A stretch of 62,429 nt of DNA, filler included, from Chlamydiales bacterium (GTDB taxonomy: Bacteria > Chlamydiota > Chlamydiia > Chlamydiales > JACRBE01), in assembly GCA_016213235.1 (NCBI GenBank). It is 4 parts of 4 records of this genome, joined end to end, with 100 filler letters (N's around TTAATTAATTAA, not from the genome) between each part and the next. Parts side by side here need not be neighbours in the genome. Positions count along the whole stretch, not along the records: positions 21,399 to 42,753 come from JACRBE010000049.1; positions 42,854 to 59,853 come from JACRBE010000007.1; 2 more parts are not named here. One strand, given 5' to 3'. The position numbers were made by a program, and so were the translations under genes. Below, piece after piece: positions 34,908-44,949 of the stretch (its first letter is position 1; each line of letters opens with the position of its first letter). Under the pieces are notes generated by a model. The model saw only the letters and a program-made list of their open reading frames with translations, had not been told where the DNA came from and ran no database searches.

Positions 34908-37040
34908 ATGGACAGACTATCTTCTATTATTTGCGCGCCGCTTGAAGGATATAAAGGGCTGAGAGCATTGACAGGCAGCAGCCTAGCCCCTTATCTTACC
35001 ACAACACGTAGCATGGAAGCAGCAACAGATGCAATTAACCAATCCTTGAGAGCGTCTCATAGGGTAGCCGCAGATATCACACCAGGTCCTTTTTGCAATA
35101 AACTTATCCATCAAATAGATCTTACTTCAATAAATAGCCTTGACACTTTATACCACTCTTACATTTCTGCAGCCGTAGGAAAACAACTAGCAGAAGATGC
35201 AACAGCATACTGGATAGAAACAGGTGTTGATGCAACATGTGTTACCGCAGCCGTTTTTGCTCTTCCTATCGTAGGAAGCGCCACTTGTTTAGCTGCAGGA
35301 GCAGGCAGTGTATGTACTGTAGCTACAGCAACAGTTGCGCCTACAGCAATCGCTACAGGTGGAATGGTCTATGCAGGGCGCGAAGTTCAACAATACTTAT
35401 CTGACAGAGATGAAAAACAAAAAACGATCACCATTGCTACAATAGAAAAACATATACCAATCATCACTGGAGTTCTAACAGAGCATGCAGACTTACTTCG
35501 TTTATTTGATCATGACCAATTACTTACCGCGAACCAAGAAACCTTAAATCGACTATTAGAGTATGTCGTTTGTTTTAAAGTCGCGACTTCTACATCTCAA
35601 TCCTTCAATACACCGGCTATAGAAGAAATTGGGAATGCCTTATTAATACAAAATTTAGAATCTCTTGATGGAGAGAGCATCTCTTCCCCCGTCTCCCCTT
35701 GGGAACCTGGTGTAGGAGAAATGCCTACATCCTTATCAAATTATATGACTTACCATGCGATGTCATCGTTTATTCAAAGCATATTAAAACAAAACTCCTC
35801 TTACTCACTTGCTATGATTGATTCTTTACTTAGAAATCCACGTACTCTTACGGATTTAGTAACAACCGTTAATGACCACATAATACATTATTTTACAACT
35901 AATGTTAGAACCATAGGAAGCGCATGTAATATTAACTTTCCCTCTGCTACAGTCCAGGAGTTACCGCGTATTGATGCAGCTGTTTCAACAAAATTAAATC
36001 AGCTATATACACAATTACAAGGCCTATTATCTAATCCAGATCTAGATCTTGCACGAGGACATCCCTCTGGAGGCTCTTTAACTGATCTTTATCAAGAAAT
36101 CCACGCTATTTCTCCATTTATTACTCTTGGAGATGGTATTGCTTCTTTAACTGATATAGAACAGTTATTACGCAACTATCATGAGAGATCTGTTGCATCA
36201 AAAGTAGCTTACCTTCGAGCTACTACAGAAGCATTAGAGCATGCACATCAACAGCTTACTCAGCGAATTGCTATTCATAAAAAAAACGCTTTTCCATCTA
36301 GAGAATCTAAACTGGCCAATATCGACACTACCAAAGCTTTAGCTGCACAAATAAATCGTAACATCTTTACCATCATCAAAAAGCCAGAATTAAACTCTCA
36401 TAAAGGTTTTGCAACAATCGATGCTGCTCTGCCTTTTGAAGCAAGATATCTTGAATTACTCGGTTATGTTAATGCTAATTTAGCAATAATACCTATAGTA
36501 ACATCTTCTACTTATGGAGAGATCATCGGTGATGCAGTAACTGCTGTGGTTGGATATGTAGGTGATTTCTTTTCTAGAAAAGGATCCGCTGTTCCCCCAC
36601 CGACTTCCTTTTCCTCTAGTGTACCAGCGCCTACTGCACGCGAGCTAGCTGCTTCATTACCTGGTCTCTTAGGACTCCTTGGTTCATTTTTTAAAAAAAA
36701 CCAAATTCCACCAACTAGTAGTACAATAGCTACAGCTACTACAGTAGAAAGTATTACTGCAGTACCGGAAGTATCCGAAGAGTTTACTGAAGTAGATATC
36801 CTAGAGACGATCAACTACTTTAAAACCAATTTATCTCGCCTTAGACTTGATGATTCAAGAAGAAGACAGATCCAACGTGTTTTAGACACTCTATCTGATG
36901 CTTATACAAGGATTACATTCAAATCAGATCCATCAGCCAGATTTCAGACTATGAGAGAACCTACTCCTGATGAAATACTGCGATTAGATCATCAAATTAC
37001 AGCATGCATTAGATCACTAATGCCGCTTATTAGAGACTAA
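34908..37040 (+). CDS. Hypothetical 710-aa protein with a long hydrophobic segment; candidate inclusion-membrane/effector protein
   Basis: Long ORF with GAGG SD after an AT-rich spacer; no recognisable enzyme motif. Confidence 0.8.
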   Translation: MDRLSSIICAPLEGYKGLRALTGSSLAPYLTTTRSMEAATDAINQSLRASHRVAADITPGPFCNKLIHQIDLTSINSLDTLYHSYISAAVGKQLAEDATAYWIETGVDATCVTAAVFALPIVGSATCLAAGAGSVCTVATATVAPTAIATGGMVYAGREVQQYLSDRDEKQKTITIATIEKHIPIITGVLTEHADLLRLFDHDQLLTANQETLNRLLEYVVCFKVATSTSQSFNTPAIEEIGNALLIQNLESLDGESISSPVSPWEPGVGEMPTSLSNYMTYHAMSSFIQSILKQNSSYSLAMIDSLLRNPRTLTDLVTTVNDHIIHYFTTNVRTIGSACNINFPSATVQELPRIDAAVSTKLNQLYTQLQGLLSNPDLDLARGHPSGGSLTDLYQEIHAISPFITLGDGIASLTDIEQLLRNYHERSVASKVAYLRATTEALEHAHQQLTQRIAIHKKNAFPSRESKLANIDTTKALAAQINRNIFTIIKKPELNSHKGFATIDAALPFEARYLELLGYVNANLAIIPIVTSSTYGEIIGDAVTAVVGYVGDFFSRKGSAVPPPTSFSSSVPAPTARELAASLPGLLGLLGSFFKKNQIPPTSSTIATATTVESITAVPEVSEEFTEVDILETINYFKTNLSRLRLDDSRRRQIQRVLDTLSDAYTRITFKSDPSARFQTMREPTPDEILRLDHQITACIRSLMPLIRD

Positions 37041-37054
37041 ATCCAACATCTAGT

Positions 37055-37098
37055 TAGATAAATCTCATCTGGCGTAAAAGCTAAATAAGATTTATCTA
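37055..37098. terminator. Hairpin between convergent genes
   Basis: TAGATAAATCT (37055-65) / AGATTTATCTA (37088-98) with a partly pairing interior. Confidence 0.5.
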
Positions 37099-37131
37099 TT
37101 TAATGCTATCAACATTGGGTGGTCGCCAATT

Positions 37132-37923
37132 TTATAGCAACGATCGTAATTTTGCTTGATAGATTGCAAAAAACAATGATGGGTCCCTCATATAAGCAAC
37201 ATGCTCTTTCCCTTTGATGCTGATGTTCATTTTTCCATTTAACATTAAGGATTCTATTTCTTGTAAAGAAAGCACAATGGTTTGATCAATTGCTTCAGAA
37301 AATTCACAGTCTGTAGCCCCTATGGTATCATATTTAACAAGAAAAACGGAGAGCACTGTACATAAAGATCCTGTATCTGGTGCAAAGTCCCCTAAAAAAA
37401 CCAGGTCTTTAGCAATAGCTCCAGTTTCTTCCACAAGTTCTCGTTGAGCCGCCTCCATTGTCGTTTCTTTTTCTTCCCTGCATCCCCTTGGAAGCTCTAT
37501 TTCCCACGATCTCGTGGCATGGCGATAATTCACATTCAATAAAATCTTATTTTTCTCATTTAAGGGAAGCACCACAATACCGGATATGCCACTTAAGTTG
37601 TTTTTCCAAAGCAGCCGATTATAAGTGCCTAAAGCTCCATTTGGAAACCTTACAGGATCCCTCACCAAAATCCAGTAAAGATCCTCCATAATTTTCCCTA
37701 CTTGAGCTCCTCTGCTAGCAAACTCTTCATCAAAACCTTTTTTTAAATAACGCTCTTTTTGTTTTTGACTTGCAAGTAGCCCAGATGCTTCATCGACTAA
37801 TATCTCTATTTCACCGTCCTCAGAATTTCCTGTATCTCCCATCGCTTTTGTGACTTGCTCATAGGTAGTAGCTCTTAAATAAGTAACTAAAAAAAGAAAA
37901 AATATAATGGATAATCGTTTCAT
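37132..37923 (-). CDS. Nudix hydrolase (ADP-ribose pyrophosphatase-like) with signal peptide
   Basis: Nudix box ELPRG...AAQRELVEETG; start MKRLSIIFFLFLVTYLRA preceded by AGGAG. Confidence 0.88.
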   Translation of the reverse strand: MKRLSIIFFLFLVTYLRATTYEQVTKAMGDTGNSEDGEIEILVDEASGLLASQKQKERYLKKGFDEEFASRGAQVGKIMEDLYWILVRDPVRFPNGALGTYNRLLWKNNLSGISGIVVLPLNEKNKILLNVNYRHATRSWEIELPRGCREEKETTMEAAQRELVEETGAIAKDLVFLGDFAPDTGSLCTVLSVFLVKYDTIGATDCEFSEAIDQTIVLSLQEIESLMLNGKMNISIKGKEHVAYMRDPSLFFAIYQAKLRSLL

Positions 37924-38082
37924 GGTATCTCCTAGAATTTCAATGGAAAAGATAATAGGAAAGAAATATTTATTATTCGATAACTTTCTTACAATCTGAT
38001 AAAATGTTTGCATTAAAAAAATGTTTTTAAAACAAACGAATGTTACACTTAAAATTAACTTCACATTGACTAGAAATTTATC

Positions 38083-40314
38083 ATGAAAATTTTATCAGCA
38101 ATCTTACAGCCATTTTCCTCTTCCTTATTTAATTCAAAAGCAAAAATGGGAGCTTTATCCGGCGTCTTTCTTCCCAACATACTGCAAATGCTTGGAGTCT
38201 TGTTATTCCTGCGGTTTGGATGGATATTATCTCAGGTTGGCATTTATCAAATGCTCCTAATGATCTCTATTAGTTCGTGTATTTTATTCATTACGGGCCT
38301 TTCCATGTCTTCTATTGTAACCAATATGAAAATTGGATCTGGGGGATCTTACTATATTATTTCAAGATCACTTGGATTGCATCTTGGAAGCGCAATCGGC
38401 ATTTTATTATCGCTTGCTCAAATTACTTCCATCGCTCTTTGCACCGTTGGATTTGCCATCTCTTTTCATGAAATTTTTCCAGTTATGCCTGTTGTTTATA
38501 TTGAAATAACAACGATTTGCATCCTAGCCCTCGTGTCTTACCTATCTACTAGTATAGCTTCGAAGATGCAACTATTAATTTTTGTTGTGATCTGCCTTGC
38601 TTTCTATGCCATTTTCTCCAGCTCTTATGAAAAAGCTGCAGAAACTTCTATTATCACTAAAATGCCTTTTTGGGGAGCATTTTCTATGGTATTTGCTGCC
38701 ATGACGGGTATCGAAGCTGGAATGTCTATGTCTGGTGATTTGAAAAACCCCAATAAAGCACTTCCGATTGGAACCATGCTTTCTATTTTGGTGGCTTATA
38801 TCATTTACATCATGCTTGCACTCTTTATTCAAAAAAACATCTCCTATACCGATTTACAACATGAGCCTTTTATCCTTTGCAAACTCTCTAATTTAGAAGC
38901 TTTTGTCATGTTAGGAATATTAGGATCTACGCTTTCTAGTAGTCTTGGGAGTATGCTAGGAGCCCCAAGAACCATTCAAGCTCTTGCTAAAGACACCGTT
39001 CTACCCTCTTTCTTGGCTAAAGGTTATGGAGAATCAAATCTACCAAGAAACGCAACCATCCTAACATTTGCACTAGCTCTAATCCTTACACTGACAACAA
39101 ACATGAACCAGATTATACCACTGCTAACCATGATCTGCCTTGTCTTCTATGGACTGTTAAATTTTGTCTGTTTTTTTGAATCTTTTATGCAAAATCCAAG
39201 TTGGAGACCATCATTTGAAACACCATGGTATATCTCACTAGCAGGTTGTGTTTCTTGTTTTTTAGTGATGATTTTGATTAATGCCCACTTTTTTTCCCTG
39301 TTCTTTCTCTTTATATTTTTTATTTATTTATCTATTAGTGCTAGAAATTTGCATAATAACTGGGATGATATTCGCTATAGCATCTTTGGCGTTATCATCC
39401 GCATTTGCATGGAAAAATTAAAACACCTTCGTATTAATGCAAAAAGCTGGAGACCTCATTTACTAGCTATTTCACAACATCCCAATATCGACAACACCTT
39501 AATTTATTTTGGAGGTGCCATTAATCAAAACCATGGATTATTCACCTATTCTGTCCTCTTACCAAAAGAAGAAGATAGCGACTCTTTACATAAACAAATG
39601 TTAACTGGTCTTGAAAAAGACAATGTGTCCTGTTTTTTACACCTTTGCTCTGGATCCTCTTATTATGATGAAATAGACAACCTCATCAAACATTATGGTC
39701 TGGGACCTGTCATCCCTAACACCGTGATGATCGACTATCAAGAAAGCATTTGTGATTACACTCGTTTGGCAGGCACCATATTAAACGCATACAATCACAG
39801 CCGTAATTTTCTTATTGTAAAATCAGGGGCGCAAAAAGAATTGATATTTAAAAACTACTCCAAAAAGAATCCAAAATTAATTGATATCTGGTGGGGAGGA
39901 TCTTATCGTAAAAATGTAGATTTAAGCATAGCTCTCATCCAATTACTGCAACGCAGCTACTATTGGAAAAACACCAAGGTTACCATTAAATCGCTAGTAA
40001 AATCACAGCAAGAGCGCTCTGAGATCTTGCAAAGAGCCTCCGACTACTACTCTATTATTCGACTAAAAGAACTCTGTTTCGACCCCTATGTGGAGGATTA
40101 TGATGATTTCTATGAATCACTGCTTAGACACTCTCTTAACGCTTCTCATTTAACTTTTATTGGCCTCAGACATCCAAAATTTGATGAAACTATCGCCAAT
40201 TATCAAGAATATATACAGGAGCTATTCATAAAAACGGAAAAACTGCCAAATGTGATTTATATATTAGCCGGAGAGAAACTTAATTTCCTGAGAATTTTCG
40301 AACAAAAACAATAA
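38083..40314 (+). CDS. Cation-chloride cotransporter (SLC12/APC) family permease
   Basis: GVFLPNILQMLGVLLFLRFGW, GGSYYIISRSLG, AMTGIEAGMSMSGDLKNP, NPSWRPSF, KSWRPHLL. Confidence 0.9.
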   Translation: MKILSAILQPFSSSLFNSKAKMGALSGVFLPNILQMLGVLLFLRFGWILSQVGIYQMLLMISISSCILFITGLSMSSIVTNMKIGSGGSYYIISRSLGLHLGSAIGILLSLAQITSIALCTVGFAISFHEIFPVMPVVYIEITTICILALVSYLSTSIASKMQLLIFVVICLAFYAIFSSSYEKAAETSIITKMPFWGAFSMVFAAMTGIEAGMSMSGDLKNPNKALPIGTMLSILVAYIIYIMLALFIQKNISYTDLQHEPFILCKLSNLEAFVMLGILGSTLSSSLGSMLGAPRTIQALAKDTVLPSFLAKGYGESNLPRNATILTFALALILTLTTNMNQIIPLLTMICLVFYGLLNFVCFFESFMQNPSWRPSFETPWYISLAGCVSCFLVMILINAHFFSLFFLFIFFIYLSISARNLHNNWDDIRYSIFGVIIRICMEKLKHLRINAKSWRPHLLAISQHPNIDNTLIYFGGAINQNHGLFTYSVLLPKEEDSDSLHKQMLTGLEKDNVSCFLHLCSGSSYYDEIDNLIKHYGLGPVIPNTVMIDYQESICDYTRLAGTILNAYNHSRNFLIVKSGAQKELIFKNYSKKNPKLIDIWWGGSYRKNVDLSIALIQLLQRSYYWKNTKVTIKSLVKSQQERSEILQRASDYYSIIRLKELCFDPYVEDYDDFYESLLRHSLNASHLTFIGLRHPKFDETIANYQEYIQELFIKTEKLPNVIYILAGEKLNFLRIFEQKQ

Positions 40315-40339
40315 GGCATACATGAATTGTATGCCTTAT
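40311..40339. terminator. Perfect 12-bp hairpin between convergent genes
   Basis: ATAAGGCATACA-TGAAT-TGTATGCCTTAT. Confidence 0.75.
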
Positions 40340-40352
40340 AACCATCAAAAGA

Positions 40353-40475
40353 TTACTTTTTCTTTTGACCGCCTTTATCATGTGGCATTGGTTGTTGTGG
40401 TTTTTTTGGAGCATCTTTTTGAGCAGATGCAGCTGGTTTAGCTGGAGCTGCTGGTTTTTTACCTGTATCTTTCAT
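40353..40475 (-). CDS. 40-aa Lys/Pro/Ala-rich small protein (below ORF-track cutoff)
   Basis: MKDTGKKPAAPAKPAASAQKDAPKKPQQPMPHDKGGQKKK; GAGAG upstream and a hairpin just downstream. Confidence 0.7.
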   Translation of the reverse strand: MKDTGKKPAAPAKPAASAQKDAPKKPQQPMPHDKGGQKKK

Positions 40476-40659
40476 AATTTGACTCTCTAACATGTTTACT
40501 TTCGTGATTTTCGCAAAATTCTTTTCCGATCAAATCACAAACATATCTTATATTTTTTGCTCATTCCGGGTATTTTTGAAAATATATTTTTTAAGTCGTT
40601 ACAAGCCAAAATGTTGCTATTTTTTTTCTAAAAAAAACCATGTTTTTCAGGCGATTATT

Positions 40660-41229
40660 TTACAATAATTGGCAGTTTTGATGGAATTGACTGAGTTTAT
40701 TCATCATTAAACATGATTCAAGCTTTACAATCGGTCTGTTTTTTTTGATTATTTTTACCGCTTCATCAACTTCCATATGATGATACTTGATCAAATAAGC
40801 AGCTATCATGGAAGCTGATCTTCCCCTTCCTGCTTTACAATGGACATAGACAGGACCATGTTGCACAGCTTCATGAATGAAATCCGATCCTAGGTGGAGC
40901 TGCTCTAGCGATGGTATGGTGAAATCTTCTATTGGAAGCTCCATCCTATGCATACCGGCTTGTTCCCACTTTTGTTTAGAAACAGGGCTGCCAAACAACG
41001 ACCGTTTGGTTTCAAACGGTTCTATACAAGAGAGCACATGTTGTATGCCAAGATCTTGTAGCTGCGATAAATGATCTCTATTTGTAAATGGAATCGCCCC
41101 CAAATATATTTCACAAGGACCTCCTATCTTGTCCCACCAATTACAAGGATTTTTTTTGCTATAATAATGACTAAGGAAGCGGACTAGATAGTATTCAAAT
41201 TGAAGTCTTTTATAAACCGTCTTGATCAT
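40660..41229 (-). CDS. Dual-specificity phosphatase (PTPMT1-like)
   Basis: IYLGAIP, IEDF, VHCKAGRGRS CX5R motif. Confidence 0.92.
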   Translation of the reverse strand: MIKTVYKRLQFEYYLVRFLSHYYSKKNPCNWWDKIGGPCEIYLGAIPFTNRDHLSQLQDLGIQHVLSCIEPFETKRSLFGSPVSKQKWEQAGMHRMELPIEDFTIPSLEQLHLGSDFIHEAVQHGPVYVHCKAGRGRSASMIAAYLIKYHHMEVDEAVKIIKKNRPIVKLESCLMMNKLSQFHQNCQLL

Positions 41230-41441
41230 AGAGGGCTCTTTTATCCTGGAAGCGAAAACAGCATAGCCAAAAGAATCTATTGTTGTGTATCTGTTTTTAT
41301 AACGTCACCACGCAAACTTAAATTTTTAAATATAATTGTAAAATATAGTTTATTTAAAAAATAATATTAATTATTTTTTTATAATTAAAAAAAATAAATA
41401 AAGTGTTATTATTTTAACAGAAACTAAATATAAGGTTTTTT

Positions 41442-42753
41442 ATGAATATACTTTCTAAATCAATGGAACACAAGTCACACAGCTCCGGCGACTTGGAATC
41501 AACATCTACAGCAACTTCCAGCGATAGTAGCACAGCTCACACTGCTCTGTATGCAGCACCTTGTATTCACAATTCTATACTTGCCAGATATGTATATCTC
41601 GAGCGATACGCCGGAGAAGGCACCCAAACATACAGCGCTACCTCACAATACTCTGAATTTCCTCTTGAATTTCAGCCAAAGTCAGAAAACCCTTACTTTT
41701 CACTCCCTGTTGTTAGAGTCCCCAAAGAGATGGTAGAAATTACTCTTGGAAGTCCCAGAAAAGAATTAAGCGATATCTTTATTCAAGATGAAACAGTATC
41801 ACTATGCGCCCATCCCATTATTTTCGGTAATAAAGCAGTTCCGCATATGGAAGAGTTAATGACAATGCCTACTATAGCACCTTTTTGCACCACTCCGACA
41901 TCTTCCTCAAGAAGCGTGGTTGTATTAGATAAAGAAGATTATCCTTTTGTTGTGAAATGTCATTGTCCTGTTAAAGTATCTAGATTCCATCGAAACTTGG
42001 GACCTGCAACTATTCGCCATAGTGTCACCGTATCACACATCTTGGATCACACATCTATTACACACCTTCCTGAAACTATCGGCATTTCTTTGCCATCAAC
42101 AACCACGGAACGTGGATGGGGATTTATTGTAAGAGAAATGATTGCCAGACCATCTTTATCAACTACCACTCCTGTCAAAACCATGTTAATACCTTGCTTT
42201 GCCTTATATGGACGCGATCTTCACCATCCGGAAGAACTGCCATTGATTGTAAAAATGATTCATAATTCCACAGAAGATCCAAAAAGCTATGTTTTAAACC
42301 ATGTAATGCTTCCTATTATCGAAGATTTTGTAAGAGCATTTAAATCGGAAGGAATCTTACTGGAAGCTCACGGGCAAAACTCTTTATTGGAAGTAGATGA
42401 GGAGCTAAATCCGATCCGCATTATTCATCGCGACATGGATGATACAGTGGATGCAAATATTCGTAGATCTCTTGGATTAAGCATGGATGGTTTATCAAAG
42501 GGACAGATCATAGAAGATCCAACAGAGCAAGAACCTCTAGGTAGTGTACATAGTCTTATTTATGATTCCTCTATTGGGCATCACCATTTTTCTTATCTTG
42601 CACAAGTAATGCATGAATATTTTGGTGTTGCGGAAGAAGAGCTACAACAGGCCTGTAAGGAAAAATTCCTGGAATTATTTCCAGACCATGAGCGATATTT
42701 TCCACGCGAAATCTACTATTATGGTAAAGGAGAGATCTCTCATAATGAATTTC
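41442..42753 (+). CDS. IucA/IucC (NRPS-independent synthetase)-like protein, 3' truncated at contig end
   Basis: HP, PTSSSRS, IVRE, LEAHGQNSLL, HRDMD motifs; Ser/Thr-rich N-terminus. Confidence 0.75.
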
Positions 42754-42853
42754 NNNNNNNNNNNNNNNNNNNNNNNNNNNNNNNNNNNNNNNNNNNNTTA
42801 ATTAATTAANNNNNNNNNNNNNNNNNNNNNNNNNNNNNNNNNNNNNNNNNNNN
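42754..42853. other. Artificial contig linker
   Basis: N-run with TTAATTAATTAA. Confidence 0.99.
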
Positions 42854-42985
42854 ATAAGCAATCGAGCCTGGGTCTTCTCCTACTAAAATAAAGGCAAGAC
42901 CCGGTTGTATCATAGAGCTATCACGCATTTTTGATTGAAGTTCTAAATAGATTGCTTCAGCAACTTCTTTCCCCTTTAAAAACAT
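42854..42985 (-). CDS. folD: FolD N-terminal fragment (truncated by contig end)
   Basis: Hand translation MFLKGKEVAEAIYLELQSKMRDSSMIQPGLAFILVGEDPGSIAY; TAATG overlap with the suhB stop. Confidence 0.88.
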
Positions 42986-43797
42986 TATCGCGCCTCATAG
43001 TAACTTAAGTGTTCAATAGCCTGAGTATGTAGATGGGAATTGGTGGCTACAATAGAACTTTTTTGATAAATAGATACAGGGCGTCCCTTTAAATCACTCA
43101 CCATTCCTCCTGATTCTTTTATTATTAAAAGACCTGCAGCAAAATCCCATGGCTGCAAAATTACTTCCCAAAAAGCATCAAATTTCCCGGCGGCAACGTA
43201 GGCAAGATCAATGGCTGCAGAGCCAATTCTTCGAATGGGGATACCAAGTTTTGCAATGTGGGCAAATTGATCGATACAATGAAATGGGTTTTCTGCAACA
43301 TTATAAGGAAACCCGGTAGCGATCATTGCATCTTTTAATTTTTTTGTAGAGCTAACTTGTATTTTTTTATTATTGAGATAGGATCCATGTTGATAAATAG
43401 CATGAAACATCTCATCCACCATAGGGTTATAAATGCATCCAACTAGTACAGTATCTTGATGGGTAATTGCTATACTTACAGAAAACATAGGAATATGATG
43501 CGCAAAATTAACCGTGCCGTCGAGTGGATCAATAATCCATTTTAGGCCGCTTTGATCAGTGTTGCTAGCTCCGCTTTCTTCTGCTAAAAAAGAGTGAGAT
43601 GGATATTTTTTTTTAATCTCACCAATTAAAAAGGATTCTACTTTTCTATCATATTCTGTAACTAAATCATGCCTATCTGTTTTAGATTCAACTAAAAAAT
43701 GAGAACCAAATCCCCCTTTTAATATGCGTCCAGCCTGCAATGCAAGCTGCATTGCAAAAGAGGACAGCTCGCTTGGATCTTCTTTAATATCAACCAT
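42985..43797 (-). CDS. suhB: Inositol monophosphatase family protein
   Basis: DLVTEYD, WIIDPLDGTVNF, GSAAIDL, WDFAAG. Confidence 0.93.
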   Translation of the reverse strand: MVDIKEDPSELSSFAMQLALQAGRILKGGFGSHFLVESKTDRHDLVTEYDRKVESFLIGEIKKKYPSHSFLAEESGASNTDQSGLKWIIDPLDGTVNFAHHIPMFSVSIAITHQDTVLVGCIYNPMVDEMFHAIYQHGSYLNNKKIQVSSTKKLKDAMIATGFPYNVAENPFHCIDQFAHIAKLGIPIRRIGSAAIDLAYVAAGKFDAFWEVILQPWDFAAGLLIIKESGGMVSDLKGRPVSIYQKSSIVATNSHLHTQAIEHLSYYEAR

Positions 43798-44338
43798 GTA
43801 AGGATTCTTTGTTTTTTTTAATTTTATAATCTTGTAGTAGAGTTTGCAATTGTTTGCTTCTTTTTTTTATTTCTGCCGGAAATATCACCCATAAAAATCC
43901 ATAAATTCCATTGATTATTGGCATGATAAGCACTTGTGAGATCAAAGAAAAAAAAGAAAAGCTATAAGACTTATGGTTGATCGAACAAAACATCATTTCC
44001 AATATAGAAAAAAGAAGAGAAAATACCGATACCAGTAATGCAAAAGAAAAGGTTTTATCGTCGAAAAAAAAATGTTTGATGCGATAAATAAAGATCATAC
44101 ATAGCACATAGGAAAGTGCATAGATGCCAAACGACAGGGTAAAGTTTAAGCTATCTAGCATTAGACCACAAAAGAAAGCGATCCAGATGCTTTGATGAAG
44201 AGGTAATAGCTTTGCTAAAGTGCAAAGTAGTGGGGCAAAATAATTCAGATGAAAAAAAGGGAGGAAGACAGAAGAAAATAGACAAATACTTAAGCTAATA
44301 AAGAAGGAGTAGGTGACATATTGGCGCATTGTCATCAA
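43790..44338 (-). CDS. mreD: MreD-like membrane protein
   Basis: Multi-TM with AFFCGLMLDSL...FGIYALSY pattern. Confidence 0.6.
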   Translation of the reverse strand: MMTMRQYVTYSFFISLSICLFSSVFLPFFHLNYFAPLLCTLAKLLPLHQSIWIAFFCGLMLDSLNFTLSFGIYALSYVLCMIFIYRIKHFFFDDKTFSFALLVSVFSLLFSILEMMFCSINHKSYSFSFFSLISQVLIMPIINGIYGFLWVIFPAEIKKRSKQLQTLLQDYKIKKNKESLHG

Positions 44339-44949
44339 CAGGCTCCTTTAGGAAAAATCATTTGATGTATTGTTTTAAAGATGATTTTTAAGTCTAAAAA
44401 AAAAGATCTGATTTCAATATAGCGCTCGTCTAGATAAATGCGCTCTTGCATGGTTAGTTTATTTCTACCAGAGGTTTGCCAAATGCCGGTAATGCCTGGT
44501 TTGATAGATAAAATTTTTTTTGCTTTTTCTCCAAAATAAGAAAGGAGCTCTTCTTCGGATACAGGGCGGGGTCCTACCACACTTAAGTCTCCTTTTAATA
44601 CATTAAAAAACTGGGGGAGCTCATCTAGAGATGTCTTTCTGAGCAAGCTTCCGATAGGAGTGATTCTTGGGTCGTGTTTTAATTTTCTAAATAGAGACCA
44701 TTCTTCCCGTGCTGCTAAATTTGATTGTAATACTTGCTGTAGACTTTTTTCAGCATCTATGTACATTGTTCTGAACTTGAAGCAATTAAAGGGTTGAAAA
44801 TGATTTTTCAACCTACGGCTTTTATAAAAGATGGGCCCTTTCGAGGTGAGTTTAATAGCAGCGGCAATAAAAATAAAAAGAGGAGAAAATACACTGATAA
44901 TAAAAAGGCTGAAAAAAACATCAAAGAGACGTTTGATTATATTTTGCAT
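44335..44949 (-). CDS. Undecaprenyl-phosphate sugar phosphotransferase
   Basis: KRLFD, KFRTM, DPRIT, SLDELPQ, VGPRP, KPGITG. Confidence 0.95.
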   Translation of the reverse strand: MQNIIKRLFDVFFSLFIISVFSPLFIFIAAAIKLTSKGPIFYKSRRLKNHFQPFNCFKFRTMYIDAEKSLQQVLQSNLAAREEWSLFRKLKHDPRITPIGSLLRKTSLDELPQFFNVLKGDLSVVGPRPVSEEELLSYFGEKAKKILSIKPGITGIWQTSGRNKLTMQERIYLDERYIEIRSFFLDLKIIFKTIHQMIFPKGAC

